DNA from: a virus
Length of the DNA: 64,000 nt
Strand: one strand, 5' to 3'
Virus record (IMG/VR): IMGVR_UViG_3300042368_001013
Coordinates: 1 to 64,000 of that record
Shown here: positions 26,277 through 35,633 of the stretch, piece after piece
Layout: the number at the start of each line of letters is the position of its first letter
Position numbering within the stretch: position 1 is the stretch's first letter
Translations under genes and position numbers: made by a program
Notes under the pieces: model-generated
Told to the model about the DNA's origin: nothing
Database searches by the model: none
Seen by the model: the letters and a program-made list of their open reading frames with translations, nothing else

Positions 26277-26498
26277 ATGAGCACCACTCACAACAACCCG
26301 GCTGAAACCTCCCGCCCCTGCTGCTGCGTTTGCGGCGCTGATCACGTGGACGATAACGTTCGCGCTACCGAGCACGGTACGCTGTGCGTCATGTGCGTGG
26401 ACGATGTGCGCGCAGACATGGCATGGGACGCGCACGAGCGCGCCATGGGCTACGAAGGCGACGACGACCCCTACTGGGAGCAGCATGCGGAGGGCTAA
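26277..26498 (+). CDS. Zinc-finger-like acidic early protein, probably leaderless (MSTTHNN)
   Basis: CxxC...CxxC; ATG 6 nt below TTGACA-17-TACAAT. Confidence 0.75.
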   Translation: MSTTHNNPAETSRPCCCVCGADHVDDNVRATEHGTLCVMCVDDVRADMAWDAHERAMGYEGDDDPYWEQHAEG

Positions 26499-26511
26499 CC
26501 TCCCAGCCCCC

Positions 26512-26547
26512 AGATGCCCACCCCGAAGGGGTGGGCATCTTTGTTTT
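26512..26547 (+). terminator. Intrinsic terminator
   Basis: AGATGCCCACCCC-GAA-GGGGTGGGCATCT then TTGTTTT. Confidence 0.8.
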
Positions 26548-26819
26548 CAGAAATAATATTATTCTATTTGACTGATGGGTCACCCGCTATCGAGTTTGGC
26601 CTGTCCGAGTAGTGATTTGGGTCCCTTCTGGCGGGGTGTTATCGGACGGGCTAGCCCCTCCCTCTCAAATTTTCTTAAATTTTCTCAAATATTCTTGATG
26701 GTATAAAAATTTTTTGGCCACCCCCCACGACCCCAAACCTTAAAATACGTGGGATGCCATAAAAAAATTTGGGCCCCCGAAAGGACCCAAAAGTTTATCT
26801 AATCTAATGAGAGTGGAAG

Positions 26820-27176
26820 TCAAACCCAAACAGGTTTACGAGGCCAAGAGTCAGGTTTTTTCTTTCTAGGATCACCATCTGGTGCGTCAGGCCACCATCC
26901 ATCCCAACCTTTAGGGGGTGGACCATCTTTAAACCAAACAGGGAAGTCATACAAAGGGTAAGTAGGAAAATAAGGCCACTTTGGTAAGTTATCGGGATTT
27001 GGTGGATCTATACGAGTAGGATTATTCTTATAAAATGGTGCATAACCGTCAACTTGAACTGGCCATTCTGAGGGTGTGTCAGTTTCATTCAATAATTTTA
27101 ATTCAGATGAAAGCCTATCAACTTTATTCTGAAGTTGCTCTGATAGGTTCTTGTAATAGTTTGTTAGGTAATCCAT
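26820..27176 (-). CDS. YYKNL-leader family, Pro/Trp-rich cargo
   Basis: Leader nearly identical to 12436..12984; TAAATA 5 nt upstream. Confidence 0.8.
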   Translation of the reverse strand: MDYLTNYYKNLSEQLQNKVDRLSSELKLLNETDTPSEWPVQVDGYAPFYKNNPTRIDPPNPDNLPKWPYFPTYPLYDFPVWFKDGPPPKGWDGWWPDAPDGDPRKKKPDSWPRKPVWV

Positions 27177-27229
27177 AAAGTTATTTAGAAATTAAAAAAA
27201 AATTTGGGCTACTTACGGAGCCCAAAAGT

Positions 27230-27913
27230 TTAATAATTTTCTCTATCCCATCTTTCAAATCCTCGTTCTCTATCTCGTTGCGATGGACCTCGTGGAGCAC
27301 TGTCTGGTTCTAATGTAGATGGTGTAGTTGGTGGAGGACGGCGTCTTCTTAATGCGTCATCCCAAATATCTGTTAATCTAGGCCATAGTTTATAATATTG
27401 ATATTGTAAATTTTTCCATTGTTCTTTAGATATATTTGGATATTGTTGCATCCATTTGAACATTAACTCTCTCCACAATGTATACATAGCTGTACCCAGT
27501 TCAATAGGCCATGGTAATCTTATTCCATAAGTTCTAAATAGCCACGCTCTAAGATCTTCAATACCAGTTGATTCTTGGTTTCGAACTAGACTACGTATAC
27601 GTTCTTCAAGGTCACGAATCTGTCTTTGTATATCTTCATAATCTATTTCTTGCGGTAAGAGTCCTGGTCCAATTGGTCTGTCGTGGCCTGGTGGAAGATC
27701 AAGAATCTCAAATGGAGACAATCTTGTTGGAGGTGGTAATTTTGGTGGAGGAATAGATCCAGGAGGAACCCGGTTTCTTCCCCGCATATCATTAGGGCCA
27801 CCTAATCCGTCACCACCATCGTCAATAATGCTTTCGATTAAATGTTCTAATTTAGTTGCTTTATACTGAAGCTGTTCGCAAAGATTTTTGTAATAGTTGG
27901 TTAAGTAATTCAT
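27230..27913 (-). CDS. YYKNL-leader family, tandem paralog A
   Basis: MNYLTNYYKNLCEQLQYKATKLEHL. Confidence 0.8.
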   Translation of the reverse strand: MNYLTNYYKNLCEQLQYKATKLEHLIESIIDDGGDGLGGPNDMRGRNRVPPGSIPPPKLPPPTRLSPFEILDLPPGHDRPIGPGLLPQEIDYEDIQRQIRDLEERIRSLVRNQESTGIEDLRAWLFRTYGIRLPWPIELGTAMYTLWRELMFKWMQQYPNISKEQWKNLQYQYYKLWPRLTDIWDDALRRRRPPPTTPSTLEPDSAPRGPSQRDRERGFERWDRENY

Positions 27914-27922
27914 AAAATTTAA

Positions 27923-28609
27923 TTAATAATTTTGTCTATTCCATCTCTCAAATGATCGTTCTCTGGCTCTAGGATTTGGTTTTTCCCTTGGTGGTGTATC
28001 CCAATTTTCAACGTCTAAATATGACGGCGTAGGATGCCGTAGTATCTCTTTTTTCCAAACTTCCAACAGACGCTTCCAATTATTTTCCAAAATTTGTTCT
28101 AAAGTTTTTCTTTGCTCTTTAGTAATTGAACCAGGTGGATATTTTGCATTTAGAGCTCTACGGATTTTGTCTTGTATCGTCAAAAGAGGATCTCCGGGGT
28201 CATCTCTAAGTCTTATTCCAAATTGTAACCAAAGCCATCGGCTGAATATATGAATTCCATTACCATATCTCATTCTCATTAATAATTGAAATAATGCTTC
28301 AATATCAAGCATCTGTCTTTGTATATCTTCATAATCTATTTCGGGAAGCTGAAAACGAGTCGGAGGTTTTGGAAAATTTCCAGGAATAGTTGGTCCGTCG
28401 CTTGTGGGTACGATGTACATGGGAGTTGGACGTGGTCCTTTTGGTGCAGGAATAGATCCAGGAGGAACTCGATTTCTTCCTGACATGTCATTAGGACCAC
28501 CCATTCCATCACCATCGTCAATAATGCTTTCAACCAAATGTTCTAATTTAGTTGCTTTATACTGAAGCTTTTCGCAAAGATTCTTGTAATAGTTGGTTAA
28601 ATAATTCAT
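27923..28609 (-). CDS. YYKNL-leader family, tandem paralog B (start revised)
   Basis: MNYLTNYYKNLCEKLQYKATKLEHL; TAAATA 5 nt upstream. Confidence 0.8.
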   Translation of the reverse strand: MNYLTNYYKNLCEKLQYKATKLEHLVESIIDDGDGMGGPNDMSGRNRVPPGSIPAPKGPRPTPMYIVPTSDGPTIPGNFPKPPTRFQLPEIDYEDIQRQMLDIEALFQLLMRMRYGNGIHIFSRWLWLQFGIRLRDDPGDPLLTIQDKIRRALNAKYPPGSITKEQRKTLEQILENNWKRLLEVWKKEILRHPTPSYLDVENWDTPPREKPNPRARERSFERWNRQNY

Positions 28610-28721
28610 AAAGATATTTATAAAACCGAAAAATAGAATAATGAAAATTAGATAAGTCAATATAGGAATGAAAAAGGATCCAATATCTGGATCCTTTTCT
28701 TTTTAAAATTTTTATTTAATT

Positions 28722-29234
28722 TTAATACTGGTTAAATGGTCTACCAGTTCTCATTTTAAATGAAGCCATATCAGATGGTGAAGGGAATGGTCGTTGTAGA
28801 TTTCCGGTGTATGCATTTTTTGTTTGTGCAGCTACAACTTCTTCGCTGGAACCTTTTTCACCGGGATCGGAAGTATCAAATGCATCTGCACCCAAATCCC
28901 ATGGCTTTTCTGATGGAAGATCACTTTGTTTTACACCAGTTTTGATGCCCATTGATGAAAGTGGCATATCAAGATCTAAAATTCCTGGTTTCAATGCTTC
29001 GGCTTGAGCAAATTTTGCATTTGCTTCTGAAGCACCTATATGATTAGGCATTTCATTAAATCTTGTTTGTTCGTCACGATAATATTGCAATCTTGCTTTT
29101 CTTTTTGCAAGTTCTTGTTGCATCAATGCAGGATTACCTGTGCTGAGTGCTTTTTTCAAACCTGCTTCAAGAAGATTTATTCTTCCTTGAAGTTGTTCAC
29201 ATAAATTTTTATAATATTGTGCTTGATAATCCAT
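28722..29234 (-). CDS. YYKNL-leader family protein
   Basis: MDYQAQYYKNLCEQLQGRINLLE; TAAATA 5 nt upstream. Confidence 0.8.
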   Translation of the reverse strand: MDYQAQYYKNLCEQLQGRINLLEAGLKKALSTGNPALMQQELAKRKARLQYYRDEQTRFNEMPNHIGASEANAKFAQAEALKPGILDLDMPLSSMGIKTGVKQSDLPSEKPWDLGADAFDTSDPGEKGSSEEVVAAQTKNAYTGNLQRPFPSPSDMASFKMRTGRPFNQY

Positions 29235-29311
29235 AAAATTATTTATTAAAAATGTGGTGGTTCAAAATTATCTTTAGTCGCGCTTACACAAACTTGACGA
29301 TATCCTGGTTG

Positions 29312-29917
29312 TCAGTAACGTCTTGCACTATAAGAAATTCCAGCTGAATTAATAACTGGGAATCTAATGGGGATTCCATTATTTGCTGCGGCTGTGTTTT
29401 TATTCCAGCTACTTACAGTATCCAAATAAAAATCTGGGCTGTTATCTTGGCCAGCTCTTTGGATAGCACCAGCTACATGTGAGCAAAAATTATACCAACA
29501 ATCTTGAATATCAGGAGCATGCGAGGGCCAAAATTCAGCTCTAAACCATGATGGTGCGGCATTATACATGTAAGTTATCCATAGATTGTATAAACCTTGC
29601 CAATTTGTTGCATCGATATAAGGTGTTTGTGGTGGATTGTCTCTTTGGTATATTTCCCATGCTTTAGTTTTGGAAAAAGCATCTGAGTCACCAACTTCTT
29701 CTGGGCGGCAAAGACCAAGCGGGCAATCTGGGCGGTCATCATTTTCCAGTATAACCAAAGCAGACTTCAATGTATTTGCTTTTTGAATTAATCTTTCACA
29801 TTTATTTTTAAAATATGCTTCATGTTCATCTATTTGTTGCTTTTGAAATTTTTTAATGACATTATCATATGTATTTGCAAAAGTGTTAAATTGATCATTG
29901 AATGGATTTAGTATCAT
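29312..29917 (-). CDS. Hypothetical with internal YFKN coiled-coil motif
   Basis: AYFKNKCERLIQKANTLKSALVILE. Confidence 0.7.
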   Translation of the reverse strand: MILNPFNDQFNTFANTYDNVIKKFQKQQIDEHEAYFKNKCERLIQKANTLKSALVILENDDRPDCPLGLCRPEEVGDSDAFSKTKAWEIYQRDNPPQTPYIDATNWQGLYNLWITYMYNAAPSWFRAEFWPSHAPDIQDCWYNFCSHVAGAIQRAGQDNSPDFYLDTVSSWNKNTAAANNGIPIRFPVINSAGISYSARRY

Positions 29918-29937
29918 AAAAGCCTCTTTTTTATTAT

Positions 29938-30462
29938 TTATAGTCTTGAAGTTTTAGATGTTTTGCCCAAAGATCCAGTTTCCGTATTTAATTTTGGTAT
30001 TGTCATACTACCTGGAATTTTTTGTGATGATTGGTATCCCGAATAAATTGAAGAACTATTATTATCTAATCCGGGTGAAAGTGTCAGCGCATCAACTGTG
30101 CTGGTTGCTTGGCCTCTTATAAGTTTATTAAAAGCACTTTCTTTGGATGAAGGTGTAGATAATGTTGGTACTACTGGTGGTTCAGACGACAATGTATTTA
30201 CAGAAGCAGGTTCTGATGGAGTTGTAGTAAGAGGATTGGTCAAAAGTTTAGTTTGAGCTATTTCTTGTTGTTTTTGATTCAACAAATCATTTAAACGATC
30301 TTTTTCTTCTGGTCTACCAGTTGTAATTTTCTTTTGTTGTAAGATATCTTTCTTATCTTTTTTCAAAGAATCCATATAATTTGTAATTGATGGATTATTT
30401 GAAGTTCCTTCTGGACCAATACCCAGATCTTCTTTAAGTAAAAAATCTTTAAATTTTAGCAT
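29938..30462 (-). CDS. Putative internal protein with capsid-targeting-like leader (MLKFKDFLLKE)
   Basis: Leader motif; TAAATA 5 nt upstream. Confidence 0.7.
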   Translation of the reverse strand: MLKFKDFLLKEDLGIGPEGTSNNPSITNYMDSLKKDKKDILQQKKITTGRPEEKDRLNDLLNQKQQEIAQTKLLTNPLTTTPSEPASVNTLSSEPPVVPTLSTPSSKESAFNKLIRGQATSTVDALTLSPGLDNNSSSIYSGYQSSQKIPGSMTIPKLNTETGSLGKTSKTSRL

Positions 30463-30478
30463 ATAATTATTTATTAAC

Positions 30479-31183
30479 TTATTCTTTTGTAAATAAACTT
30501 TTAACAGACTTAATGATTCCTTTGGCGGAATCTAAAGTATCTGAAACTTTAAACCCTTCACCTTTTTCTTCCTCAAATTTTCCTTTGGGGCATCTTAATG
30601 TTGGCATGTAAAGTTTTTCTGATAAAGCTGCACGTGGATTACCAACAGAACAACCACATCCACCTTTACACCAGCCAATAGAATCATGGTTTGGTTGTTT
30701 ATTTGATAGTGGAATATTGTTTACTCTGAATTCGCAATTCATGCAGATTTCTTTTCTTTTCTCAAAATTTTCCTTGGATATTTTTCCTTGAGTTGCTTGA
30801 GAAGATTCTGCCTTTAGATAACTAGAAGCTTTTTCTATAAATGATTTTTCAGATTTCATTTGTTTCTTTAATTCTTCAAATTTTTTAATACCTTCTTGTG
30901 TTTTATCGTGCAATTTTTTTATTTTTAGATCAATATCTTCTTTTGTTTCTGAAAGAATAATATTTCCTTCAACTATTCTTGATGATTCTACATAAGAACT
31001 TTCAATAGATTTTCTTTTATCGCATCTTATGCAGAAATTAAAATCTGGATTTTTTGTAACATTTATTGCACATGAAGTGTCACATTCTTGATTAGTGCTC
31101 CAGTGTATACAATTAATTACAGGTAAATTAATTGTATGATTTTTGCATGGAATTACTTTTGGTAATATTGGATTGTTATTCAT
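30479..31183 (-). CDS. Cys-rich hypothetical protein
   Basis: R..IC..C...CKGGCGC...CP.GK module, also in 53811..54254. Confidence 0.7.
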   Translation of the reverse strand: MNNNPILPKVIPCKNHTINLPVINCIHWSTNQECDTSCAINVTKNPDFNFCIRCDKRKSIESSYVESSRIVEGNIILSETKEDIDLKIKKLHDKTQEGIKKFEELKKQMKSEKSFIEKASSYLKAESSQATQGKISKENFEKRKEICMNCEFRVNNIPLSNKQPNHDSIGWCKGGCGCSVGNPRAALSEKLYMPTLRCPKGKFEEEKGEGFKVSDTLDSAKGIIKSVKSLFTKE

Positions 31184-31200
31184 ATAAATTATCTCTTAAT

Positions 31201-34200
31201 TTAAAATACTGATATCGTTCCATAATCAGTGATACATGGTGTGTCTTGATTTTGTCCTATTTTGTTGATTTGACATTTGCATCCACTACAAGGAGTTGGG
31301 CCACCATCTGCTTGTGACAGACATGTACCCGAACAACCACTACTGTTTCCACCAAACCCTTGTATTACGCAATCGGTATAATCAACCCCCGGATTACAAC
31401 ATGTATAAGGTTGGCATAGGTCACAAAATTGAGTAATATCTTGTACATCACTACAACTTTTCGCATTATCTCCACAGCCTGTTCGTTCGGAACAACAACC
31501 TTTAGTATCGGCATTGCAGTTATTTGGATCGTCTGAAAATACATATTGTGAACATTTTATAACTGAACACGATTGCCCACCCCTTGGACCTCCAGCTTCT
31601 TGAAAACAGAAGTTATCGGGAGTTTCTACTACAAAATTCCATCTTGTACCATTTTTCCATTCGGGGTAACTAACACCAGAAGCACTTATAAATACTCCTT
31701 CTATGTATGCGGGTGTGAAGCTCCCATCAAAAGTGTAACAATCAGTTTCTTCACTTCCATCTTGAGTATCGCAAATAGGATCTGCCCTAAATGTTACACA
31801 ACATTTATATTTTGGAGATTTAAAATTAAAAGTTCCTTTGACAGTTCCACCAACTATAGAATATGTTAGTGTAAGATTGTCACCATCTTTTATTTTAGGT
31901 GATTGATCTTCACAGCCACAGCAATCTGAACCGCAAGTCATTATTCGGTCACCATACCATCCACTATCATCTATAGGATAAGCAGTTGCAAATGGTGCTG
32001 TGCAAAGATTTATAATATTTGCAGCAGAAGAAATAGGAGCACCAACTAAATCTACACATTGTTTGCAAACTTTAATTCTATAACCATTTAAAGTACAATT
32101 TTCTCCGCATATCTTTTTTATATAAGATGTTTTTTCTAATTTTAATAACTGTTCTGCTTTTAATAGCATGTCATTATTGGTCATACCAGCAAATAAACAT
32201 GGATTTAGTACAACTTCCATTGCAGTAGCTTCATATTCTTCTGTTTGCTTCGATATATAAATGCACATTTGTGTTTCGTATGATTTATGTTCAACTATGA
32301 CATTATCATAAGTTACATATTGTGCCATCTCACATTGTTCTTTTTGGCAACCACATTGATCACAACATATGGCTTTTACTGCATCAGTAGAAAGGCATGG
32401 AGTTCTTTCTATATGTGCTTTAAACCCAGTAAAAGTAGCGTCAAAACACCCAGTAGTTGGAATACCACTATCACATGGATTTGTTAATATATTTTGTGGC
32501 GTATAAGTTACATTTTTTGTTTTGCTGTCCATTAATAGTGGGCCAGCTCTATACAAATTTGTAAAAATATAATTTGGTAAGTTAGATAACGATTTTTTAA
32601 TTCCAGCAAAAAGTCCAGTCAAATTAAAAGGAAATGGAGTATTACATACTAATGGAGTAATATTACATTTTTGATAACATGATTGATCACCATCCCAACA
32701 CCCTTCAACATCACATATTCTTCTTTGAGTGCATGCATTAAAAGAAAATGTTGTAATTAGTTCTAAAGGCACTGCCTCTTCTTCTGGGCAAAATCCACAA
32801 GAACTATTTCCACCGACTCCATACAGATTTCTTACACATAATTTTGCATTACTGTGAATAAATGTTAAAAATCCATTTATTCCTTCTGGGTCCGGGAATG
32901 AATAATCATTATTAAAAACAACACGACAAATACAATCGCCATCAGATGGACCTGTATTGCAAATTATTGTGACATTTGAATTTGATCCACTGTCATCACA
33001 CAATTGTTGTTTTAGCTGATCAATATCAAGAGTATCTGCATCAGCATAATATGATAACGAGTTTCCAAGATTTATTTGATTTTCGGAATTAAATCCATCA
33101 TAAAAATCATAAAGAGTATTTACACTATCATTACCAAAACGTCTCCAACCAAATGCTGGAATACACAGATAATAAAATCCAGATGGTTCATCTATAGCTA
33201 TAAATGGAGAATCTGTATCTACTCCACTACGACATATGGATTTATATTTTGGAGCAGTATCAGGATCTGAACAATAACATCCCTGCAAATTTCCTTGGGG
33301 ATCTATAGTACTTGTACAATTAAAATTAGGTGGTCTACAGATTCTTTCACCAATAAAAATATCACAGCATCCTGTTACAGTAGAAAGATCTATGCCGTAA
33401 TCTTCATATAAGTTTTTAAAAAAGTTTCTAGAATCAGAATAATTTGCAAAAACATTTGTTGTGGGTACAAACCATTTTACATTTGATGGTATTCCATCAG
33501 CAATATATTCTGGCTCACATCCTAAAGTGCAATAATAAAGATCATAAGGATCAGTAAAATCATCGTCAAGCCATGTAACTAAAATATATCTTTCGCCATT
33601 TAATTCAAATGATAATTTAACATCAGTGGCTCCAGCAGAAAAAATGGAATTATAATCTGGTAAGTTTGCAAAAGCTTCACCTGTAATAAGTGAAACTTGT
33701 CCTTCACTCAAACAAATATAATTTGGTCCATTTGGAAATACTCCACGAACATCATTTGTTGATTGGCTTTCATTGCACGGACACCAACGGGTTCTATGAT
33801 ATTCAGCACCTTGTCCAGGTTGCCCATTAAAAAAAGAAACATATTCTGTATTAATTGCCTGTAAATATCTTCCAAGATTATTTGCACCAATACCCGAATC
33901 TTTATTTAATTTTTCAAAAAATGGGCTGCATCGGCTTCCGGGACCAATACTAGTTCCATCAAATCCTTGATCTATTGGATTTTGTGAAAATATATCAAAT
34001 TTTGTAGATGATCCACCACCACCAGAACTGTTAGGTCCACCACCACCACCTCCAAAATAACCTGCACCACCACCACCACCTACATTTTGAATTGGTATAT
34101 TTCCCGATGGAGTAGGTCTATAACCATACCCACCTACTCTAGCATATCCGGCGCCCGCATTAGCCCCACCAGCACCACCCTGTGTTTGTGTTGCTGCATT

Positions 34201-34860
34201 TCCCGGAGAAGGGCCGTCACCTGGCTCGCCATTATCTACACCACCATGTCCACCAAATCTACTATCAAGATTAAAATCAGCTCCCGCTCCTGCACCAGAC
34301 CCAACCACATATTCTCCACCTATTTGAAGCGCTTGTGTATTATTTCCCTCTTCTATTAAACCCTCTACTATACTACCAGTTCCATATGCTACCGCACCAC
34401 CACCCCAACCAGCAAGAGGAAATCCACCACCACCTCCATATGGATCTTGAGTAGATGTGGAAAAGTTGGTATGGATACCACCTGTGCCACCTCCTCCAAC
34501 AAAAACGGACATCGTAATTGTTGTTGTGATATTAAATGGTACAAGATTAAAATCAATGTAAGCACCATTTCCACCATAGCCTTCTCTTGGTGCTCCACCA
34601 CCAGAACCACGCAACATCATTTTTATTCTTCTAGAACTATCTTTTGCAATTGATAATCCCGTTTCACCAATACCTGTAACGGTAAATGGAAAATGAGGTT
34701 CATCTAATCCTGTTGTAGATGCTGTTGGTGGAAAATCATTAAAAATAATATTACTTCCAACACGCTTATAGTATTTTGTTGTATATTCATAACATTTGAT
34801 AGCAATGTAATGTTTTACAAGCGGATTTTCTTCTTTACAGCAGCAACCTTTTTTAGTCAT
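31201..34860 (-). CDS. Large Gly-rich and Cys-rich protein, possible fibre/adhesin
   Basis: N-terminal GCCC, glycine-rich GGGG domain, dozens of Cys in the C-terminal two-thirds. Confidence 0.75.
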   Translation of the reverse strand: MTKKGCCCKEENPLVKHYIAIKCYEYTTKYYKRVGSNIIFNDFPPTASTTGLDEPHFPFTVTGIGETGLSIAKDSSRRIKMMLRGSGGGAPREGYGGNGAYIDFNLVPFNITTTITMSVFVGGGGTGGIHTNFSTSTQDPYGGGGGFPLAGWGGGAVAYGTGSIVEGLIEEGNNTQALQIGGEYVVGSGAGAGADFNLDSRFGGHGGVDNGEPGDGPSPGNAATQTQGGAGGANAGAGYARVGGYGYRPTPSGNIPIQNVGGGGGAGYFGGGGGGPNSSGGGGSSTKFDIFSQNPIDQGFDGTSIGPGSRCSPFFEKLNKDSGIGANNLGRYLQAINTEYVSFFNGQPGQGAEYHRTRWCPCNESQSTNDVRGVFPNGPNYICLSEGQVSLITGEAFANLPDYNSIFSAGATDVKLSFELNGERYILVTWLDDDFTDPYDLYYCTLGCEPEYIADGIPSNVKWFVPTTNVFANYSDSRNFFKNLYEDYGIDLSTVTGCCDIFIGERICRPPNFNCTSTIDPQGNLQGCYCSDPDTAPKYKSICRSGVDTDSPFIAIDEPSGFYYLCIPAFGWRRFGNDSVNTLYDFYDGFNSENQINLGNSLSYYADADTLDIDQLKQQLCDDSGSNSNVTIICNTGPSDGDCICRVVFNNDYSFPDPEGINGFLTFIHSNAKLCVRNLYGVGGNSSCGFCPEEEAVPLELITTFSFNACTQRRICDVEGCWDGDQSCYQKCNITPLVCNTPFPFNLTGLFAGIKKSLSNLPNYIFTNLYRAGPLLMDSKTKNVTYTPQNILTNPCDSGIPTTGCFDATFTGFKAHIERTPCLSTDAVKAICCDQCGCQKEQCEMAQYVTYDNVIVEHKSYETQMCIYISKQTEEYEATAMEVVLNPCLFAGMTNNDMLLKAEQLLKLEKTSYIKKICGENCTLNGYRIKVCKQCVDLVGAPISSAANIINLCTAPFATAYPIDDSGWYGDRIMTCGSDCCGCEDQSPKIKDGDNLTLTYSIVGGTVKGTFNFKSPKYKCCVTFRADPICDTQDGSEETDCYTFDGSFTPAYIEGVFISASGVSYPEWKNGTRWNFVVETPDNFCFQEAGGPRGGQSCSVIKCSQYVFSDDPNNCNADTKGCCSERTGCGDNAKSCSDVQDITQFCDLCQPYTCCNPGVDYTDCVIQGFGGNSSGCSGTCLSQADGGPTPCSGCKCQINKIGQNQDTPCITDYGTISVF

Positions 34861-34881
34861 ACGAACCTCTACACTGATTAT

Positions 34882-35256
34882 TTATAGTATTGTTAGACCA
34901 TTATCAGTAGTGTAATATATTTGATGAAAACTTTCCTTACACCATTTTTCACAAACAGGGCAGGGTTTAGAGTTTCTGAAATTGCCAAACCTGTTGAATC
35001 TAAAGTTCAACAAGATAAGTTTTTTATCCAACAAATTTTTTGAAATTTTTCTAAAAGCATCAAGCTCGGAATGCATTTCTGCAAATTTATATCCGAGCCT
35101 GAAACTTTCAGGATGTGTTTTAAAAATATTTTGACCTACTGAAATAATTTTACGCTTGTAAATAACCAAAGATATGTGCTTTTTCTGTCTTTCCATTGCC
35201 ATAGAAAGAGGCTTAGCAATAGGCATATAATTTTGCAGTACGGTCTCAATATTCAT
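34882..35256 (-). CDS. Cytidine/dCMP deaminase-fold zinc protein
   Basis: HSE and PCPVC motifs. Confidence 0.75.
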   Translation of the reverse strand: MNIETVLQNYMPIAKPLSMAMERQKKHISLVIYKRKIISVGQNIFKTHPESFRLGYKFAEMHSELDAFRKISKNLLDKKLILLNFRFNRFGNFRNSKPCPVCEKWCKESFHQIYYTTDNGLTIL

Positions 35257-35573
35257 TACGTAACCAACTTAAGTTTCGGATTGCCAGCCGGCGGATCTAT
35301 TTTGTTTCTAGGAGTTACTATACCACGATTCAGACTAGAATCATATTGGTTTTTTAGTTCATCAAGAGGTTCAACTGTAAAAGCAATAAAGCTTTTTGGA
35401 ATAGAAACACCTTTAGATGCTTTAGTATAAATCATCCAAGGCATCAAACCAATTTGGCCTTCACCAACTGGGATGAGGATTGCTGGATCCTTGATAAGCC
35501 AAGAATCACCTTGATCTTCAAATCTTGCGAGAACTTCTTCACCTGAATTTAGTCTAAATAATTTTACGTTCAT
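35256..35573 (-). CDS. Sm-like fold protein common in T4-like phages
   Basis: KLFRLNSGEEVLA...IGLMPW...Y. Confidence 0.7.
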   Translation of the reverse strand: MNVKLFRLNSGEEVLARFEDQGDSWLIKDPAILIPVGEGQIGLMPWMIYTKASKGVSIPKSFIAFTVEPLDELKNQYDSSLNRGIVTPRNKIDPPAGNPKLKLVT

Positions 35574-35633
35574 ATGTTTCCTTTACAGGTTTTTATTATA
35601 ACAGGTATTTTAGCACTAGCAAGTAACAATATT

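Noticed and set aside
15900-26600. GC island as host DNA, prophage or transposon
   Set aside because: It contains the CobS/vWA pair typical of T4-like phages and shares promoter style with flanking genes; no integrase or transposase. Chimeric assembly cannot be fully excluded without reads
27230-28609. DGR template/variable repeat pair
   Set aside because: Differences are not adenine-specific and no reverse transcriptase is present in the window
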